A DNA stretch of 63,310 nucleotides, the filler included, from Lenisia limosa (Eukaryota > Protista > Breviatea), in the NCBI GenBank assembly GCA_001655205.1. It is 4 parts of 4 records of this genome, joined end to end, with 100 filler letters (N's around TTAATTAATTAA, not from the genome) between each part and the next. Parts side by side here need not be neighbours in the genome. Positions count along the whole stretch, not along the records: positions 1 to 31,325 come from LPNZ01010980.1; 3 more parts are not named here. One strand, written 5' to 3'. The stretch's first letter is position 1. Each line of letters opens with the position of its first letter. Positions 1 to 14,200 of this stretch are shown one piece after another. The notes under the pieces were generated by a model. It made no database searches, was not told the DNA's origin, and saw only the letters and a list, made by a program, of their open reading frames with translations. A program made the translations under genes and the position numbers.

Positions 1-118
1 CCATCACGCTTATAAGAGATTGGATTATAGTATAATATTATATTGTCAAGAGTTCTCGAATAAGATTATTTATTTTCGCCAAAAATTTACTATGAGAAAA
101 TCTGTCCTCCAATCTTTT

Positions 119-3100
119 TCAACTCCAGTCATTCACCCACCGTTGGTGTCTCAATAAAATATCTTGTTTATCAGAGAAACTGATAACTGACGCAGGACTT
201 CGGAGAGTCTGGGAGAGGGGGGGAGTAAAACTGAAAAATTTATGAAACAAAAAGAGCCNNNNNNNNNNNNNNNNNNNNNNNNNNNNNNNNNNNNNNNNNN
301 NNNNNNNNNNNNNNNNNNNNNNNNNNNNNNNNNNNNNNNNNNNNNNNNNNNNNNNNNNNNNNNNNNNNNNNNNNNNNNNNNNNNNNNNNNNNNNNNNNNN
401 NNNNNNNNNNNNNNNNNNNNNNNNNNNNNNNNNNNNNNNNNNNNNAAAATAATTAGTCCCTCCCCCCAACATGTAAGTCAGCACGGAGAGAGGCATGCTC
501 GGTTCGCAGCATTTCAGCCCTTGTGCGGACTGCTTGGTACTTGTCCATATGCTATGTGCGTAATTCAGGTGTGAAATGGCAATGAAATACCTGATAATAT
601 TCACACACACACCTCCAAAACAAGTTTGTTATCTTCTGCCACCGCTTCTGCCACCTGATTATGTAGATCCTTGATATCCTGCTCCGCTGATACCCTCTGC
701 TCCTTCACAGACTCCAGTCGCACTGTGAGTAGGGATTTCATCTGAAGGGAATTAGATTTGAAAAAAAGAAGAAACAAGAAAGGGAAAGTATTTTTGGAAA
801 TGACTACGTCTTAAAAAAAACAAGTCAAAGTCAAAGAAATAAGGATAAGAGAAGTGTACTACTTCCGATGACACTTCTTGATATAAAAAAAACACTCTTT
901 CCCACTTGGTCTATTTTTGCGCGTTCTTCAGGGGAGAGCTCGGGAGTTGTCAATTTTGAAAAGTTCAGGATCTTCTTTTGGGTGACCTTGTGAATATAAG
1001 TCATGCTTCACTTCACTTCATCAAAGATTCAGGTTTAATTACGAATTCATTTGTAACAATTTTGAAATTTTTTAAGAGGGGAGAGCGGGTAGAGATCTTG
1101 TTTCCTTTACCCACATTTTCACTTTCTTTGGTTGGGGGGTGGCAAGGGGGTCGTGACGGCAGCGGCGGTGAGGATGCTGGAGGAACGGCCTTGGGGGGCT
1201 AAGTACGATGTAAAACAAACAGATAAATAAAAAGCCCAAAAATGACAATTATTTGAGAATATCTATGCATTGAAGATTACCTGTACGACCTTTTCACGAG
1301 AGACACATAAACTCATACTTTCTTGAGACATATAAACTCATAAAGATCCTTTCTTGAGACACATACACTCATAAAGATCCCTTCTTGAAACATATAAACT
1401 CATAAAGAGACCTACTTCAGAACACTGGATCTCTATATCCCGCTTTGGTGGCGAGGGATGACATGTGCACTCAATATGCATTCCTGTACCTGGGAGGGGG
1501 GGGGGGGGNNNNNNNNNNNNNNNNNNNNNNNNNNNNNNNNNNNNNNNNNNNNNNNNNNNNNNNNNNNNNNNNNNNNNNNNNNNNNNNNNNNNNNNNNNNN
1601 NNNNNNNNNNNNNNNNNNNNNNNNNNNNNNNNNNNNNNNNNNNNNNNTCGTTTAAACCAGGGGGCTTTGAAATCAAATGACAAACACCACATCCCTTATC
1701 AAGGAAGCTATAATTGTGGCAGATGATGGGGTGAGACAATAGTGCCCATCATCCCTACCGGATTTTGGCGGTTTAAAAACACTGTTGGTCATTGGTCGGC
1801 TCTATGATGGGTTAGGTGATGATCCTTCTATCCGAAAAGACCAGATATCACAATTTCCCAAGAGAAGAAAGTTGAGACTAGATAATCCCAAATTAAGATA
1901 TCAAGTTCCGCCCCACCATATTAAGCTCGCTAACTGAGGGCTGATTATGACTTTGGTGGTCATTTCGGGAATTTTTCAAAACGTTTCGAATCGAATCACG
2001 TGAAGGGTCTGGGAAAGAGGGGGCATGTGGGGTGACTGGGGGGTGCTTCAAGGGATGTGCCGGCGAGGTAAACACCGGCCGCTTGTCCGGAGTCGTGGCT
2101 CCCACTGATCCTACTGACATCACACTTTTCTTTCCAAAAAGAGGGGAGATAGGACGCCGAATGCTCCGTGAAAACGGGTTCTTCAGCGGGGAGAATTTGT
2201 CATCGGGCCCGGCTGTCAGTGGATGCGGCTTGAATGGTGAGGAATGAGGTGGCACTCCTGGTCGCGAGGATGGTTTGAAATGAGGCTGAGTTGACGAATA
2301 TGGCAGGATCGGAGCCTGATCAGACTGTGGCAGAAGGGAAGTTCGCGAGGGATGTGGTACACTTGAGGGATCTTGCGATCTAGTTTGAGTGTAGTGGTAC
2401 TGGTTTGGATAGAATGTGGTATTCGGGGGCTGATTGTAAGGAGAACGTGGGGGTCCGTATCGATAATGGGGCTAAAATAGTAAAAACCTCTCACAACATC
2501 ATAGAATGGGAAAAGAGAACAAGAACTTCAACTACCTGAGGAGGGTGTGAATAACCTGGATGGCCTTGGTAGTAGCTTGGTGGTGGGTAAGGATAATGCG
2601 GTTCTGGCGCTGGCGCCAACTGAATAGCATGAAGTAGGTAGCTTGATCAAATCCCCAATTTGCAATGAGAAAAGAAAAGAAAGGATGTAAATATCAAATA
2701 GAATACCTGAGGCGGTGGCTCGGGAACGGGGGGTGCGTAAAACTCAGGAACCACATGGGCAATGGAATGCGACATTTTCAGAGGGGCAGTACGGGGAGAT
2801 TTGGGGGGCAGTGGTGGGGTCATGAGGTCATCTAACNNNNNNNNNNNNNNNNNNNNNNNNNNNNNNNNNNNNNNNNNNNNNNNNNNNNNNNNNNNNNNNN
2901 NNNNNNNNNACCATGCTAATAGTAACATTCTCATATCATTATAACTACCAACAAGTAGTTTGTTTTCCTTACAAGGAAAATAGTCCGTTACCACGCTTCA
3001 CGCTTATCAGTATCCTACCCAGTACCGCCACTGAGTCTTATTATTTTGGTCCTAGTAACAATACACTCCCGTAAAATTCAAACTGCTCGACTGCGTATGA

Positions 3101-4253
3101 GCGCAAAATTTTATCAAAGGTTTAGAATATATCATAATAATTGTAACTTTCCCCCACCTTTCTCTGTGACTTTTTAAGTGTTTTGTGCTGGTCTAGAAAG
3201 GCATCGAGGTCCGCAGAGAGTGATGACTTAGAAGATTTCGCCTTGGGGAATGGGAAATCAATAAAGTGCAATGTTTCAAGGGCGAAATTATGCAATCAGT
3301 AATGTGGTCATAGATAGATTTGACATAAGTCCCATGCTAAATAATTGGGAAAAGAGAATATGCTGTCTCATAAGAATTAGAGACATATTGACACTGACAA
3401 AAGCAGCCAAATACCATAACTTGGTTACCACCCCACCACGCCAGATGACCGTATTGTCTTTTGATCGTTAGCCAAAAGGCCGGCTGCGAGGTCTGAGGCT
3501 AAACACTGTGAGAGTTTCATCCACCAATAATTCATTTAACCAAGCCTAAACAGTAGTATTTCCCAAAATAAAGAAAATGGCTATTTTCCCAAAAGAACCC
3601 AGGAAGCGTAAGAGGGATGGCAAGGTTCAGCATCTGCACTTTCAAGTTTTTATCAGGAAGCATAATACACCCCACCCATTGCAAGAGGGTCATCATGTCG
3701 AACAATCAGTGAAGACGCAGGTCGGACTTGTCGAGTCACACTAAATTAAGTTAGATTCCACCATCTCCTGAACGTATTCCACGAAGGAAACAATACCACA
3801 AAACAGTTACAAAACGAAAATCAGGACTTATCAAATTTAACTTGTTTACAACTTCATGACACACCTTGGGTTATCATGAAGCTCTCGAAGGAAACTGTCA
3901 TCCAAAGAGCGGTTCCGGGACTTTCGATCCCTTCTTGAGAGCCGAGGAATATCTGAATTCTCTTCTGTTGACCGTTTCGATCTTGCAAGGGAAGAAAGGA
4001 AATCGGGTGGAATAAGTTTTGACTTTGCTTTAGGTATTCCGGAGACTGAAAGGGAGGCAATAGGGTCGCGAGGTCGTCGTCTAGTCTTGGATCGTTGGTA
4101 CTTTTCCTCTTCCCAGTCGCCTTCCGAGTCTGACTCTTCATATGTATTCGATTTATGTTTGATACCCGATGAAGAGCGGGTTAGATTACCGAATGAGACG
4201 GATCTCTGAGACTTCCCTCTATCGCTGACCGCTCGCCAGGACTTTAAAGTCAT
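119..4253 (-). CDS. Hypothetical multi-exon protein, Ser/Arg- and Pro-rich with a probable C-terminal coiled coil
   Basis: GT-AG-bounded exons read as plausible protein: MTLKSWRAVSDRGK... (4253-3860), DDLMTPPLPPKSPRTAP (~2830-2710), large Pro-rich exon (~2475-1930), MKSLLTVRLESVKEQRVSAEQDIKDLHNQV (~740-625), last exon TLRSPASV...NDWS* ending at 119. Exact exon chain not fully verified; contains N gaps. Confidence 0.6.
1299..1412. repeat. 31-bp tandem repeat, 3 full copies plus a partial, probably intronic
   Basis: Unit ttcttgagacatataaactcataaagatcct at 1320, 1351 and 1382 with few substitutions. Confidence 0.9.
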
Positions 4254-4608
4254 ATTGCTTCTTCAAAACCTTCACCAATTCACCACAACTTCTTTACACT
4301 GTAGTTCCACTGTTTTTTACTTGTTCTTCAGTTTTTCGGTTTTCATTCAAGGTTCATGCGCCCCCGTCATGGCCCCCGAGCCCCCGAAGCGCCCAAGCGC
4401 CAATGCGATCGACTGGATTTGCCCTAGATCGACCAGATCGACCACAACGCAAACACATCACACACAAATCAAATTGCACACAATAACCANNNNNNNNNNN
4501 NNNNNNNNNNNNNNNNNNNNNNNNNNNNNNNNNNNNNNNNNNNNNNNNNNNNNNNNNNNNNNNNNNNNNNNNNNNNNNNNNNNNNNNNNNNNNNNTGGAG
4601 GAAGAAAA

Positions 4609-7031
4609 ATGTTGTACTCACAACGAGTGGTTATTGTATCATTTTTACTGGTGCTTTATGTGTGCTCATTTGTGCGGTTGGTGGTTACAGTTGACGATTA
4701 CTGGTCATCAGTCTGGGGTAGACTGTCTTAGGGATGTAATTGTTTGGAAAAATGTTTTGGAGTTCCCCATATGAACCACAACCAGTAGATACAGCATATG
4801 TGGAATTCAGATGAACCCCAACTACTAGTAGATGACCAACTTTAGGAAAATTAATTCTTACAGTATTACCATTTGCATGATTGAAAATATGTAACAGAAT
4901 CTTTTTGGTTTCATTTCTATCTCACCCCCTAGCCTAAATCCGGCCCAGGAAATTGAGTTTACTGTTCCACTTGTTCCTTCTGCTGACTCGTCACCCACAA
5001 GCAAGGCTTATGTTGATCAGGGACATCAGGTTAGTAGCGTCACTACTGTTTTCTTTCGATATTGAGATAATGCAGTATGGGAGTCCATGCAATGGAAAGG
5101 TGTAAAGAATGGAGGATATTGCTTTATTACGCATATTATGAGCTTATAATTGACGAAAAGATAAATAAAGGTATTATTTTTACCTGTTTAGGATCTTGTT
5201 GACCAATTGGCCAACGTCACTGCGAAGGTATAAAAAGTTGTATCCGGATGGAGCCCACCTTTTTGACCATCTCACATTATTTATTGAAAGTTTTTAATTC
5301 ATTTATAATTTGTTACAAGTGCGTGATCATTCCATTCATTTGCTTCACATGAACAGGTTGACTATTTGATGAAGAAAACCCTTACATACACAAGTTGCGC
5401 TCACGCCTACGCTCAGGGTATGTAACGCTTGGTTAAATCCCTCCATAAATCCTCGGGCAGAAATTCTTTCAGTTTCATGGTTGGAAGAAATAGTTGTTGG
5501 TTTTTGAGGTGGAGGGTTTACTTTCAGGGTATTGATTTTGGGTCAGGGTGATCTTTCGGGTCTTCAATCCCCAAAAGCCTGCTTTTTATATATGTTTTGA
5601 GCTTTACCCGAAAATGAACTGTACAACGCCGAGAATGACAGTTTTGTTGTAATGTTGTGTAGGAGTGGAAAGTGGTAGCTTAACCTTATCGTTCAACGGT
5701 GGAACGTTCGAAGTTTATTGTGACATGGACAGTGAAAGTGGCCCATGGATGCTTGTTATGGCTTATGCACATGTGGGGTTGTATTTGAAGCTTTTTATTC
5801 ATTATTATTTTATCATCAGACATATTCACTATCATTTTCCACACGTCTTATCCACTTGTGTGATAATTGACTGACAAGTCTCAATGATACTGACACACTC
5901 GGGATGTAGCCCTTGTGCTATTAGTATGTATGATATTCCCTTGGAACTAGTTCCCAAACACGTTACCATCCCCACAGAAAGGAGGGAGTAATGATGTTAT
6001 TACCAGCCTGACAGACTCCTTCCCATTGTTCCTAGAAAGGAGTTTGGGTCCGTGGGCATGTGATAATATAGTTTTTTTTTATCTTATTGAGCTTATTCCC
6101 ATTTATTTTGCTCTTTGATGAAAACAGGTGAGTCGTCAGTAGGAGCGAGAGACTGGGGGCATATTTCCAAAGAGCTTTTTGCCATTGTTAACCCCACAAC
6201 TTTGAAGTTCTATTGCCGAACAAGTTTCCACTCAAGGGTTGTAAATTTTAAGTAAGGGGTGGGGGGGGGGGGTAAAATCANNNNNNNNNNNNNNNNNNNN
6301 NNNNNNNNNNNNNNNNNNNNNNNNNNNNNNNNNNNNNNNNNNNNNNNNNNNNNNNNNNNNNNNNAATAGTAATATGGATTGTTTTACTAACAGGTTTTTT
6401 TAAGGTTTACTCTTATCCAGAGTTAACTCTTCTTCCATTGATAGTGATAGAGCATAAAAATGTTGATGGCACCAAATCGTTTTTTATCACATCATTTTTC
6501 ATTTCGCTCTAGAACCTCCAACACGAACTGCATCGATAACTTTAAAACTGGTAGGCTGAAACTGATTTCAGGGGCAAGATTCACCTTCCAAAAAACTCTT
6601 GAGAACTCTATTTGAACAAACAAACCCAAGATAGCCGTCTTATTATCTTCTCATTAATCACCTACTACTGCACAATAGAAACTTGACTTCCCAGGGACCG
6701 GTACTTGTGACGGAGTTGAAGTAGGTGGAGTCTTAATGTATCCAATATTGCTTTGTAGTTTCAGATTAACTGCACCTTTTGCTGTTTATAGTTTTACCAG
6801 ACCCCCTCCCCCCAGGACGACTTCATTTCACTCGCAGGGCACACGGGTTCTCTTCCTGCGACTGGAACGAGTCATCTCACTTCTACTACCGACCCCATGA
6901 ACTACTTCCCATTTTACGCAGCGAACGCGAATTACTGGGGAGTTGGGGTCCAAGCTTCCAACCGATATGAATGCGATGACAGTCACAGTAGTTACAACAA
7001 AGATACTCATCATTATATTTGGGTCAAATAG
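4609..7031 (+). CDS. Probably secreted protein with a fibrinogen C-terminal-like (FReD) domain
   Basis: Exon 5663-5785 encodes GTFEVYCDMDSESGPWMLV (YCDM..GGW motif). Last exon encodes GHTGSLPA...YFPFY...YWGVG...NRYECDD...THHYIWVK* with TAG at 7029-7031. Hydrophobic leader MLYSQRVVIVSFLLVLYVCSF at 4609; its linkage to the downstream exons is inferred. Confidence 0.7.
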
Positions 7032-8352
7032 CTGTTTCTGTTTCTGTTGGTGTTATATACTTTTTTTGACCAGACATATCCCCCATTGAAGTATTCACAT
7101 TATATACAAAGTCAAATATGACATACCCCCATTCAAATTATATACATTTTGTCAAAATATATAAAGGCATTAAAAGAGGCTAGTTAAATCTGTTTTTCAA
7201 CAATAGTCAATGATTTTTGAACATCTTTTTTTTTTCCGAATGATTGGGGGCTCAATTCTCTTTTCCATGCAAAAATACGGTATTTTACAATAATATCATA
7301 TGATGATATGATATACATTTGGCTTTTAGACATATAATACATTACATATACATTTGAAAGTATGCCCTGACATTTACCCAATATAGTGTATCTGATATAT
7401 ACTAGATATCATATGTAATAATGAGACTCCCCGCTAACTCACCAAAATGTCCCAATTTTACTAAGGAATGAATTAGTCTGATTCAGCTGGCAGTTTTTGC
7501 GTTTTTGCGGTTTTCACCCAATCAGAAAAACCTAAACACTTGGTTTGTTTAAATGTTTAACTATACTCATGAAAGTTAGATTGTTTTGAAATATTGATTT
7601 ACGTGGAGACTGCGTGGAGATGATGGGAAGACGAAGACCAATCGTGTTGAGAAAATGTTATCTAATTCGGGATATCCAAAGAGGCAAGCAAGTCAACAAA
7701 CACAACACTGCGCTGCTTGACTGGTGATGTCTACAATTTACACTGCCAGTCAGCTGCCAGTACAAAAGCGACCTAAATCATATTTAAACCCCTAGCTAAA
7801 ACACTAAAACCTCATTAAACACACACACCAGTACAACAGTGTACACACACACACACAGAGTCACAGAGCTCTATCTATCTACTCTAATCTTCTGCTACTG
7901 TTTGCTCTGCTGTGTTGCTTTACAAGCAAGAAGGGTCGAGGGGGCGGGTTTGAAGGTGAGTTTGTGGCCACTCCGATCCCACCTATGTTTCACACATCCA
8001 AGAGTTGTCGGGAGCCCCTGAGTGGTTCAGGGTGGTTTGTGGCAAGGTGGCAAATAGGTGGAAAATTGAAACCTGTTGTTTATTGGTTTTACCACCCCAT
8101 GTTTTGATTTGACCCCCCCCCCNNNNNNNNNNNNNNNNNNNNNNNNNNNNNNNNNNNNNNNNNNNNNNNNNNNNNNNNNNNNNNNNNNNNNNNNNNNNGC
8201 TTTAACGCTTTCAAAAAACTCCCCAAATCCAACTGAAATCCCTTTCTCCTCCACGCGCGACAACCCCACAGCCACAACTGTAGAGCGAGCATTTGCTGAG
8301 CATTTCTCCACCACCCCGCTGCTCCATACAAAAATCACAGCATTGAACAATA

Positions 8353-9406
8353 ATGGAAGAGTCAGGAATCATTTTTTGTCCCCTTTGCAACAACTTGTTG
8401 CAGCATGAGCTTGCTGATTACGGAAAAGTCGATTGTCAGGTTGCAAGGAACATGATATCATTCTTTTTATGGCACTTTTTTGTTTTGTTTTCACAGCTCT
8501 AGTCCTGCAAGTCTCGTGTGGATATATCCGAAATCATCAAGAAGATCAAGCCAACTGTAACTACGTTGGATATTAAGCACTCTTTCCAGACCAACTTTAT
8601 TGTTGAGGATGAAAAGACCAAATCAAGAGCTATTGTAGGATGTGGTCTTTACTAAATTGTTGTATCTGTAAATTACGTTTTTTTTTTTTTCTTATCTAAC
8701 AACGTTTTCATTTGTCTTGTCCTGTTTGCAACTCATTTCGTGTTTTCAGTTTAGAGTAGTTTTCAATCTCATCACCTTTTTATTATGATTATTGTTGCTC
8801 CTTCTTCGTCTTTTGCCCCTCATATTTTCCAAAAAAAATACGTTATATATATGGTTGATAGGCAGGCTTGGACTTTGTTGGTGCTTCTCATCCCCCACCC
8901 CCCATCCCACGTTCGTGTTCTATATATTTATTTTCTCGTATGGAATCTTTAGAGTTCCCATTTATTTTTCTTCACCAGGTGAAAGAGCCTTGTCCAAAAT
9001 GTGGTCATGAAGAAGCACGCTACTACACTCTGCAACTGCGCTCTGTGGATGAAGGGTACGAGAAGGGACCACTTACTTTCTTCCTCTGTCAGGAACCGTT
9101 TTCTAAAATGAGTTAATTTTCATGTTGTGGACGGCTTCCGTGATACTACCCGCTTTTTTCTCATTTTTACATCTAGAAATAATACTGGTATCAGTCATAT
9201 TCTGGGAATCAGTTCTTTATTAAAAAAATTGTGATTTTGTAGTGCTACCGTCTTCTATGAGTGTGACAACTCCAGCTGCGGGTTTGTGGGTAAAAATGGG
9301 TTTCTCTGGTTTTCAATGTTGCCGTTCCCACTTTATCTGATTTGGTTAAAAGCTCTTTTCCTTTTATGACTGATTGTGTAGTCAAAAATGGTCTGTCAAT
9401 AATTAG
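8353..9406 (+). CDS. RPA12: RNA polymerase I subunit A12.2 (RPA12/ZNRD1), 5 exons
   Basis: Spliced product MEESGIIFCPLCNNLL...DCQ|SCKSR...|VKEPCPKCGHEEARYYTLQLRSVDEG|ATVFYECDNSSCG|QKWSVNN*. Two zinc ribbons and the TFIIS-like QLRSxDEG motif are present. Confidence 0.95.
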
Positions 9407-9737
9407 ACCAGAGGTGGTGTGCACTATGGTATCTATTGTTTTCTTTTGTTTTGCATTAAATGGATTATTACTTTCTGATAATTGCGTGGCATCTTTCAAT
9501 TACGTCTCATCGTGGGCTACTTTGGGCGGCAGCTTTGTATATGTATCAGCCAGAGCATCAGATTGGGAAGATGAAGAGAGATTTTTTGAGGGAGGCCGCG
9601 AAAAACAAAAAAAAAAAAAATCAAAAAACTTCTTTTGACTTTGACTTTGATTAATCATATAAAAACACCAACAACAAGCAGTCAGTTGTAACAGACATCA
9701 CTAGATTGCCAGAAGCTCATTCAAACAAGGACACACA

Positions 9738-11097
9738 ATGGGAATCTTTGGTGCTAAAAAAAAGAGTCCTACGGGTTTGTTGTGTTTTAAAATGGTCTAA
9801 ACATGTATAGAAATGCTTCGTGAGAACCAGCGATTGATTAAGCGTTCAATTAGAGAGCTTGACAGAGAACGTACTAACCTTCAAAGACAGGTAGCTTCCC
9901 TCCATCTTGCTCTGTGTTGTTAATATAAAATTAGGAGACTAAATTGACCGCTGACATCAAGAAGCATGCTAAGAACGGTGAAATGGTTAGTCACCATGTT
10001 GCTCCTCTGCCTCTTCTCCTTTGTAAAGTTGATGTTGTAATGATTTAGGGACCTGCTAAGATCATGGCTAAGGATCTTGTGAGAACTCGGTGAGATTCGC
10101 AACCATGTTTTAATGTTCAGTGTCTACTCTTGTCTTTGTTTATCCCGTTGCCTTTATTCAAAGTTCTTGGTATTTTTTTTGTTTAATTTGAATTCAGGGC
10201 CTATATCCAGAAGTTTTACCGCATGTCAGCTCAAATGCAAGCAGTGTCACTCAAGATGCAGGTTGGTTCAAAATTATGAATGATTCATGGTTTTTTTCTT
10301 CTTCTGAGTTATTTTTTTACACATGTAGACAATGAAGTCCAATGCCACCATGGCACAGGCCATGGGAGGTGTTACAAGAGTATGGGAGGTTCATTCTCTT
10401 GTTAGGAGGTAGTATGGTATTATTGTCTTGGATTCATTAGATATTTCCGTATTTTTTTACAGGCCTTTTTCAAAGTAACTCTCCTATTTTAATTTGAATA
10501 CAGGCGATGGGTCAAATGAACAGACAAATGAACTTGCCGGCCATGCAGCGAGTCATGATGGAGTTTGAAAAGCAGTCAGAAGCAATGGTTGGAATTGCTT
10601 TTTGACTGTTTTTCAATTTTCTTTTCTCGTTTTGCGGTACTTCATTGATTCCACAGGATATGAAGGAGGAGATGATGAATGATGCCATTGATGATGCAAT
10701 GGAGGGGGATAATGACGAAGAAGACGAAGAGGAGGTTATCAACAAGGTCCTGGATGAGATTGGTGTCGACCTTACTGGACAGGTTTGCTCTCGCCATCCC
10801 TTATCAATTTTCCTAACAAACGTGAGATAGATAATACATAGTAATATCATTTGAATAACAGAACCCAATCAATCTCAAATCTCGTTGTGTCAGACAAACC
10901 AGTTTTTCTTATTGGATTTTCAGTTCACCGAGACTCCTGCTTCCAACCCAAGACAAACCGAGACTGCCCCGGTTTGTGGGCTCTTGTGAATGATTGATAT
11001 CTAGCTTTCATATTTGTCTTCTAATTCCTGACAACCACTCCCTCAGGTTGCCGCAGCAGATGATGATCTCGCTGCTCGCTTCAATAACCTCAAGTAA
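9738..11097 (+). CDS. CHMP2A: ESCRT-III subunit CHMP2A/Vps2, 10 exons
   Basis: Spliced product MGIFGAKKKSPTEMLRENQRLIKRSIRELDRER...AKIMAKDLVRTR...MNLPAMQRVMMEFEKQSEAMDMKEEMMNDAIDD...DDDLAARFNNLK*; all 9 introns are GT-AG and phase-compatible. Confidence 0.95.
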
Positions 11098-11229
11098 ATC
11101 GTTGAGGTTTTGGCTAGATATACTTATTTATGGATTAAACACAAAGACACCCTTTTTTTTTTTCAAAGTAAATCAAATAAATAACCATGAAAAACAAAAC
11201 GTCGATAAACACTATACAACAAAAAAAAT

Positions 11230-14200
11230 CTACTTAGGAGGCTTCGTGACTGACACAAGTGGAGTGGCAGGCTTGGTGGCACCATAACTGCCGCAAATCT
11301 TGATAGTCATTAACGCTACTGCGAAATATCAACAGTCTTCATCACTACTTTACCACTCCCTCCAAACCTGGAAACTGATTTTATTAGCCTTGACCATTGA
11401 GGGAAATCGATAGGTCAGCACAGTGCCAGGGGGGACAAGGGGAAGAATAAAGACTCCAAGCATTTCAGGCGGGCCCGGGTCCGATTTCACTTCCTCTGTT
11501 ACTACTATCCGAATAGCTCGGACCTGAGGGAAGAAAATATTAGTTTTTCGAAAACTCAAAAGCAGAACAACTGTTAATTTCAAGACTCACCTGACTAGAA
11601 GGTCCTGCAGATGAGTGCTTGACGGTGATCAAGCAACCAACAATAAGATTAGAGGAGAGAGGAATATCCATACGACTTGCGCCTCGGAACTAAACGGTAA
11701 TATTAGCTCATCTTAATATTTTACTCAATCCAAGCCTACATCAATGTTGACCGGCTTGAAAAGTGGAGGCTGCGGGGGTGAGACCTGAAGGGCCAAACGG
11801 AGGTCACGCTCATGTGGAACGGGTGGCTGCGGAACTGAACGTGTTACAACACCCATGAGTCATTATTTCAAATGACAATAAATAGGGATTCAAGAAACAT
11901 ACCTTCCTTTACTGGTTTACCAATAATCGCCAATCTTGCGAGATGAAGGAATGAGGGTGTATCAGTGGATCGCGCAAGGGAGAGCGAGAGGGAAACAACC
12001 CTGGCCTTGAGGGATAAAAGGATTAATAATACGAAAAAAAAGCTCATGCATGACCATCTCAGAACAACATTACAGAAAGAATGCTGTGTGTTGTGGGGGG
12101 GGGGGGGNNNNNNNNNNNNNNNNNNNNNNNNNNNNNNNNNNNNNNNNNNNNNNNNNNNNNNNNNNNNNNTTGAAGCAAACTTGGACAGCAGTAGAGATAG
12201 GAAGCTTGACGGTGCTGGAAGGAGGGTGACAAAAGCCATCAACATCAACATCTTTTTCTCCAAGGTTCCATTGGTTCTGTGAAAGTGAAAAGAAAACAAA
12301 CTTATGACTTTAAGAATTCACGTTTGCAGATACGCATTCTATTGCTCCGATATTCTCATTGATTCATTCCAAGCGCCTGTAACCATTTATCCATCATCCA
12401 CGGTCCATCCCACGCACAACTCTCTTGAGGCCGGTCATGCAGGGACCAGCCGAACATGTCACAATGGGTGCGTCTTCTTTGATGTACCCCAGAGAGCCGA
12501 CAGTAAGGTTAAGTTCTTTGACCACGGATTCGTGAGAGAGAATGATTACGATTTCGACTGTTCGCGTACGGGCGGGAGCAAACCAGTAGTGGCTCTTGGT
12601 TCGGTCAAACCACGGTCCTGAATATCGTCATAATTAATGTGAATCTGTTCGCTCTATTCCATTTTAAACAAGCCAGAGTTTTGAATAAAAGTTGATCCCA
12701 GCCTTCCTACCAAGAAGAAGGACTTCTGCGGGAGGCGAGGCGTCATGTGTGGCAACGCTCAAAAGAAGTCCTGCAGCAGGATACTCGGAGACAACACGAA
12801 CGTCTCCATTGCCACCAGGGACCGCCCGACCAACTTCTAAGGGTTCCTGGGGTGTCAGAAAAGATAAAGATTTTCCACTGAAGCAATCCACATCACAACG
12901 TTGGTTAAAAATAATAATAAAAAATATATGTATTTGATACAAAATATTAGGTTTACTCTAACATACAACCCAACCCTTTCCCTTGTGCTTTCAGTAATAT
13001 ACCTTGTTAAAATGATCTTACCTCTTTATGAATACGTAGCCTTGGAGGGGCAGACGCAGCAAGGCAAAGCAGCGAGTCTCCTGGGGAATAGGGAGCTCTT
13101 GACTGGCGGTGCAACTATACAGTCAAAAGAGCGCCTTAAGATTGCTTATCAGGAGAGCCCAACATAGCTTGTTGCTACCCATTTCGTTCAAAAAGTGTCG
13201 TGCCATTATTTACAACAATAATGATGGAAAAGTACTTTTCGTACCTCTGATTTGACTCTGGCTTGGAGGGTTTTGAGTTTAATGCTTTCTTCGGTACACG
13301 AGTCAATGCATCTCTAAAACATAATGCATTCGCAAACAACAGCGTTTATATATTAAAGTGTGTCAAAAAAAGGTTGAGCGTTACGTGTTTTGCAGAAACC
13401 CCCCATACCGAGCAAACTGCATGGCCTCCTTCCCAACCAAGATGATCCAACGGGATCTATAGAATCAAATCCAATTAATTCCGATATTCAAAGAAGATGA
13501 CACAAACACTTTTTCTTTATCTGCATCCTACCATTTTATGAGAGAAACAGGCGTTACATACTTGGAGAGTGCAAGCAGGGCAGAAGAATCTAGCGCAGTA
13601 AACAATGAGCCAATAAATGATGGCAACAGTAAATGATGGCTTACCTCAGGGTTCCACGATTGATTGGGGTCCTGCACTGCTGACAAGTTGACCCATGGAA
13701 GCGTGTGGCTCGTCGTGACTAGAGTAAATGAGTCAAGAGCTGAGGTAATTCAGCGTTTATATGAGATATTATAGTAATCGTATATCAATATTCGGTTTCC
13801 TCGGAGCCTTGTAGCAATGCATATATTTTTCAACTAAACAACGGTTTGTTCACAACTGTCAGACTAGATACTCATAAGCAAACAACATACAGGGGCTTCG
13901 GCAAGGGCAGGGTCGCGGGGGAACAGAGCGGTACCTGGGTCGACTGACTGGAGGGGGACCTGGAATAGAGGTAAATAGGAAAGTATGGAATAGACAGATT
14001 TGACAATAGTCTAAGAACCAAAAAGAAAGAAATAATTAGTATCAAGACAACCATCAACAGACACGACTTTTCAAAACAAAAAAAAACACTCATTTTGGGA
14101 TTAGACAGCAGTCAAGTTTATTAGAATGGCCAACCATTAGGCGCTGTAACACGCGCCCCCTGTCAGCAACATCAATACCGAGGTTCAACCGGAGTTCTTC

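Noticed and set aside
119-610. Long ORFs in the supplied track that run through X/N stretches
   Set aside because: They stay open only because N codons cannot be stops; the real genes are spliced.
1299-1412. Tandem repeats as a CRISPR-like array (also 54513-54616)
   Set aside because: Head-to-tail units without unique spacers, in a eukaryotic context; ordinary minisatellites.
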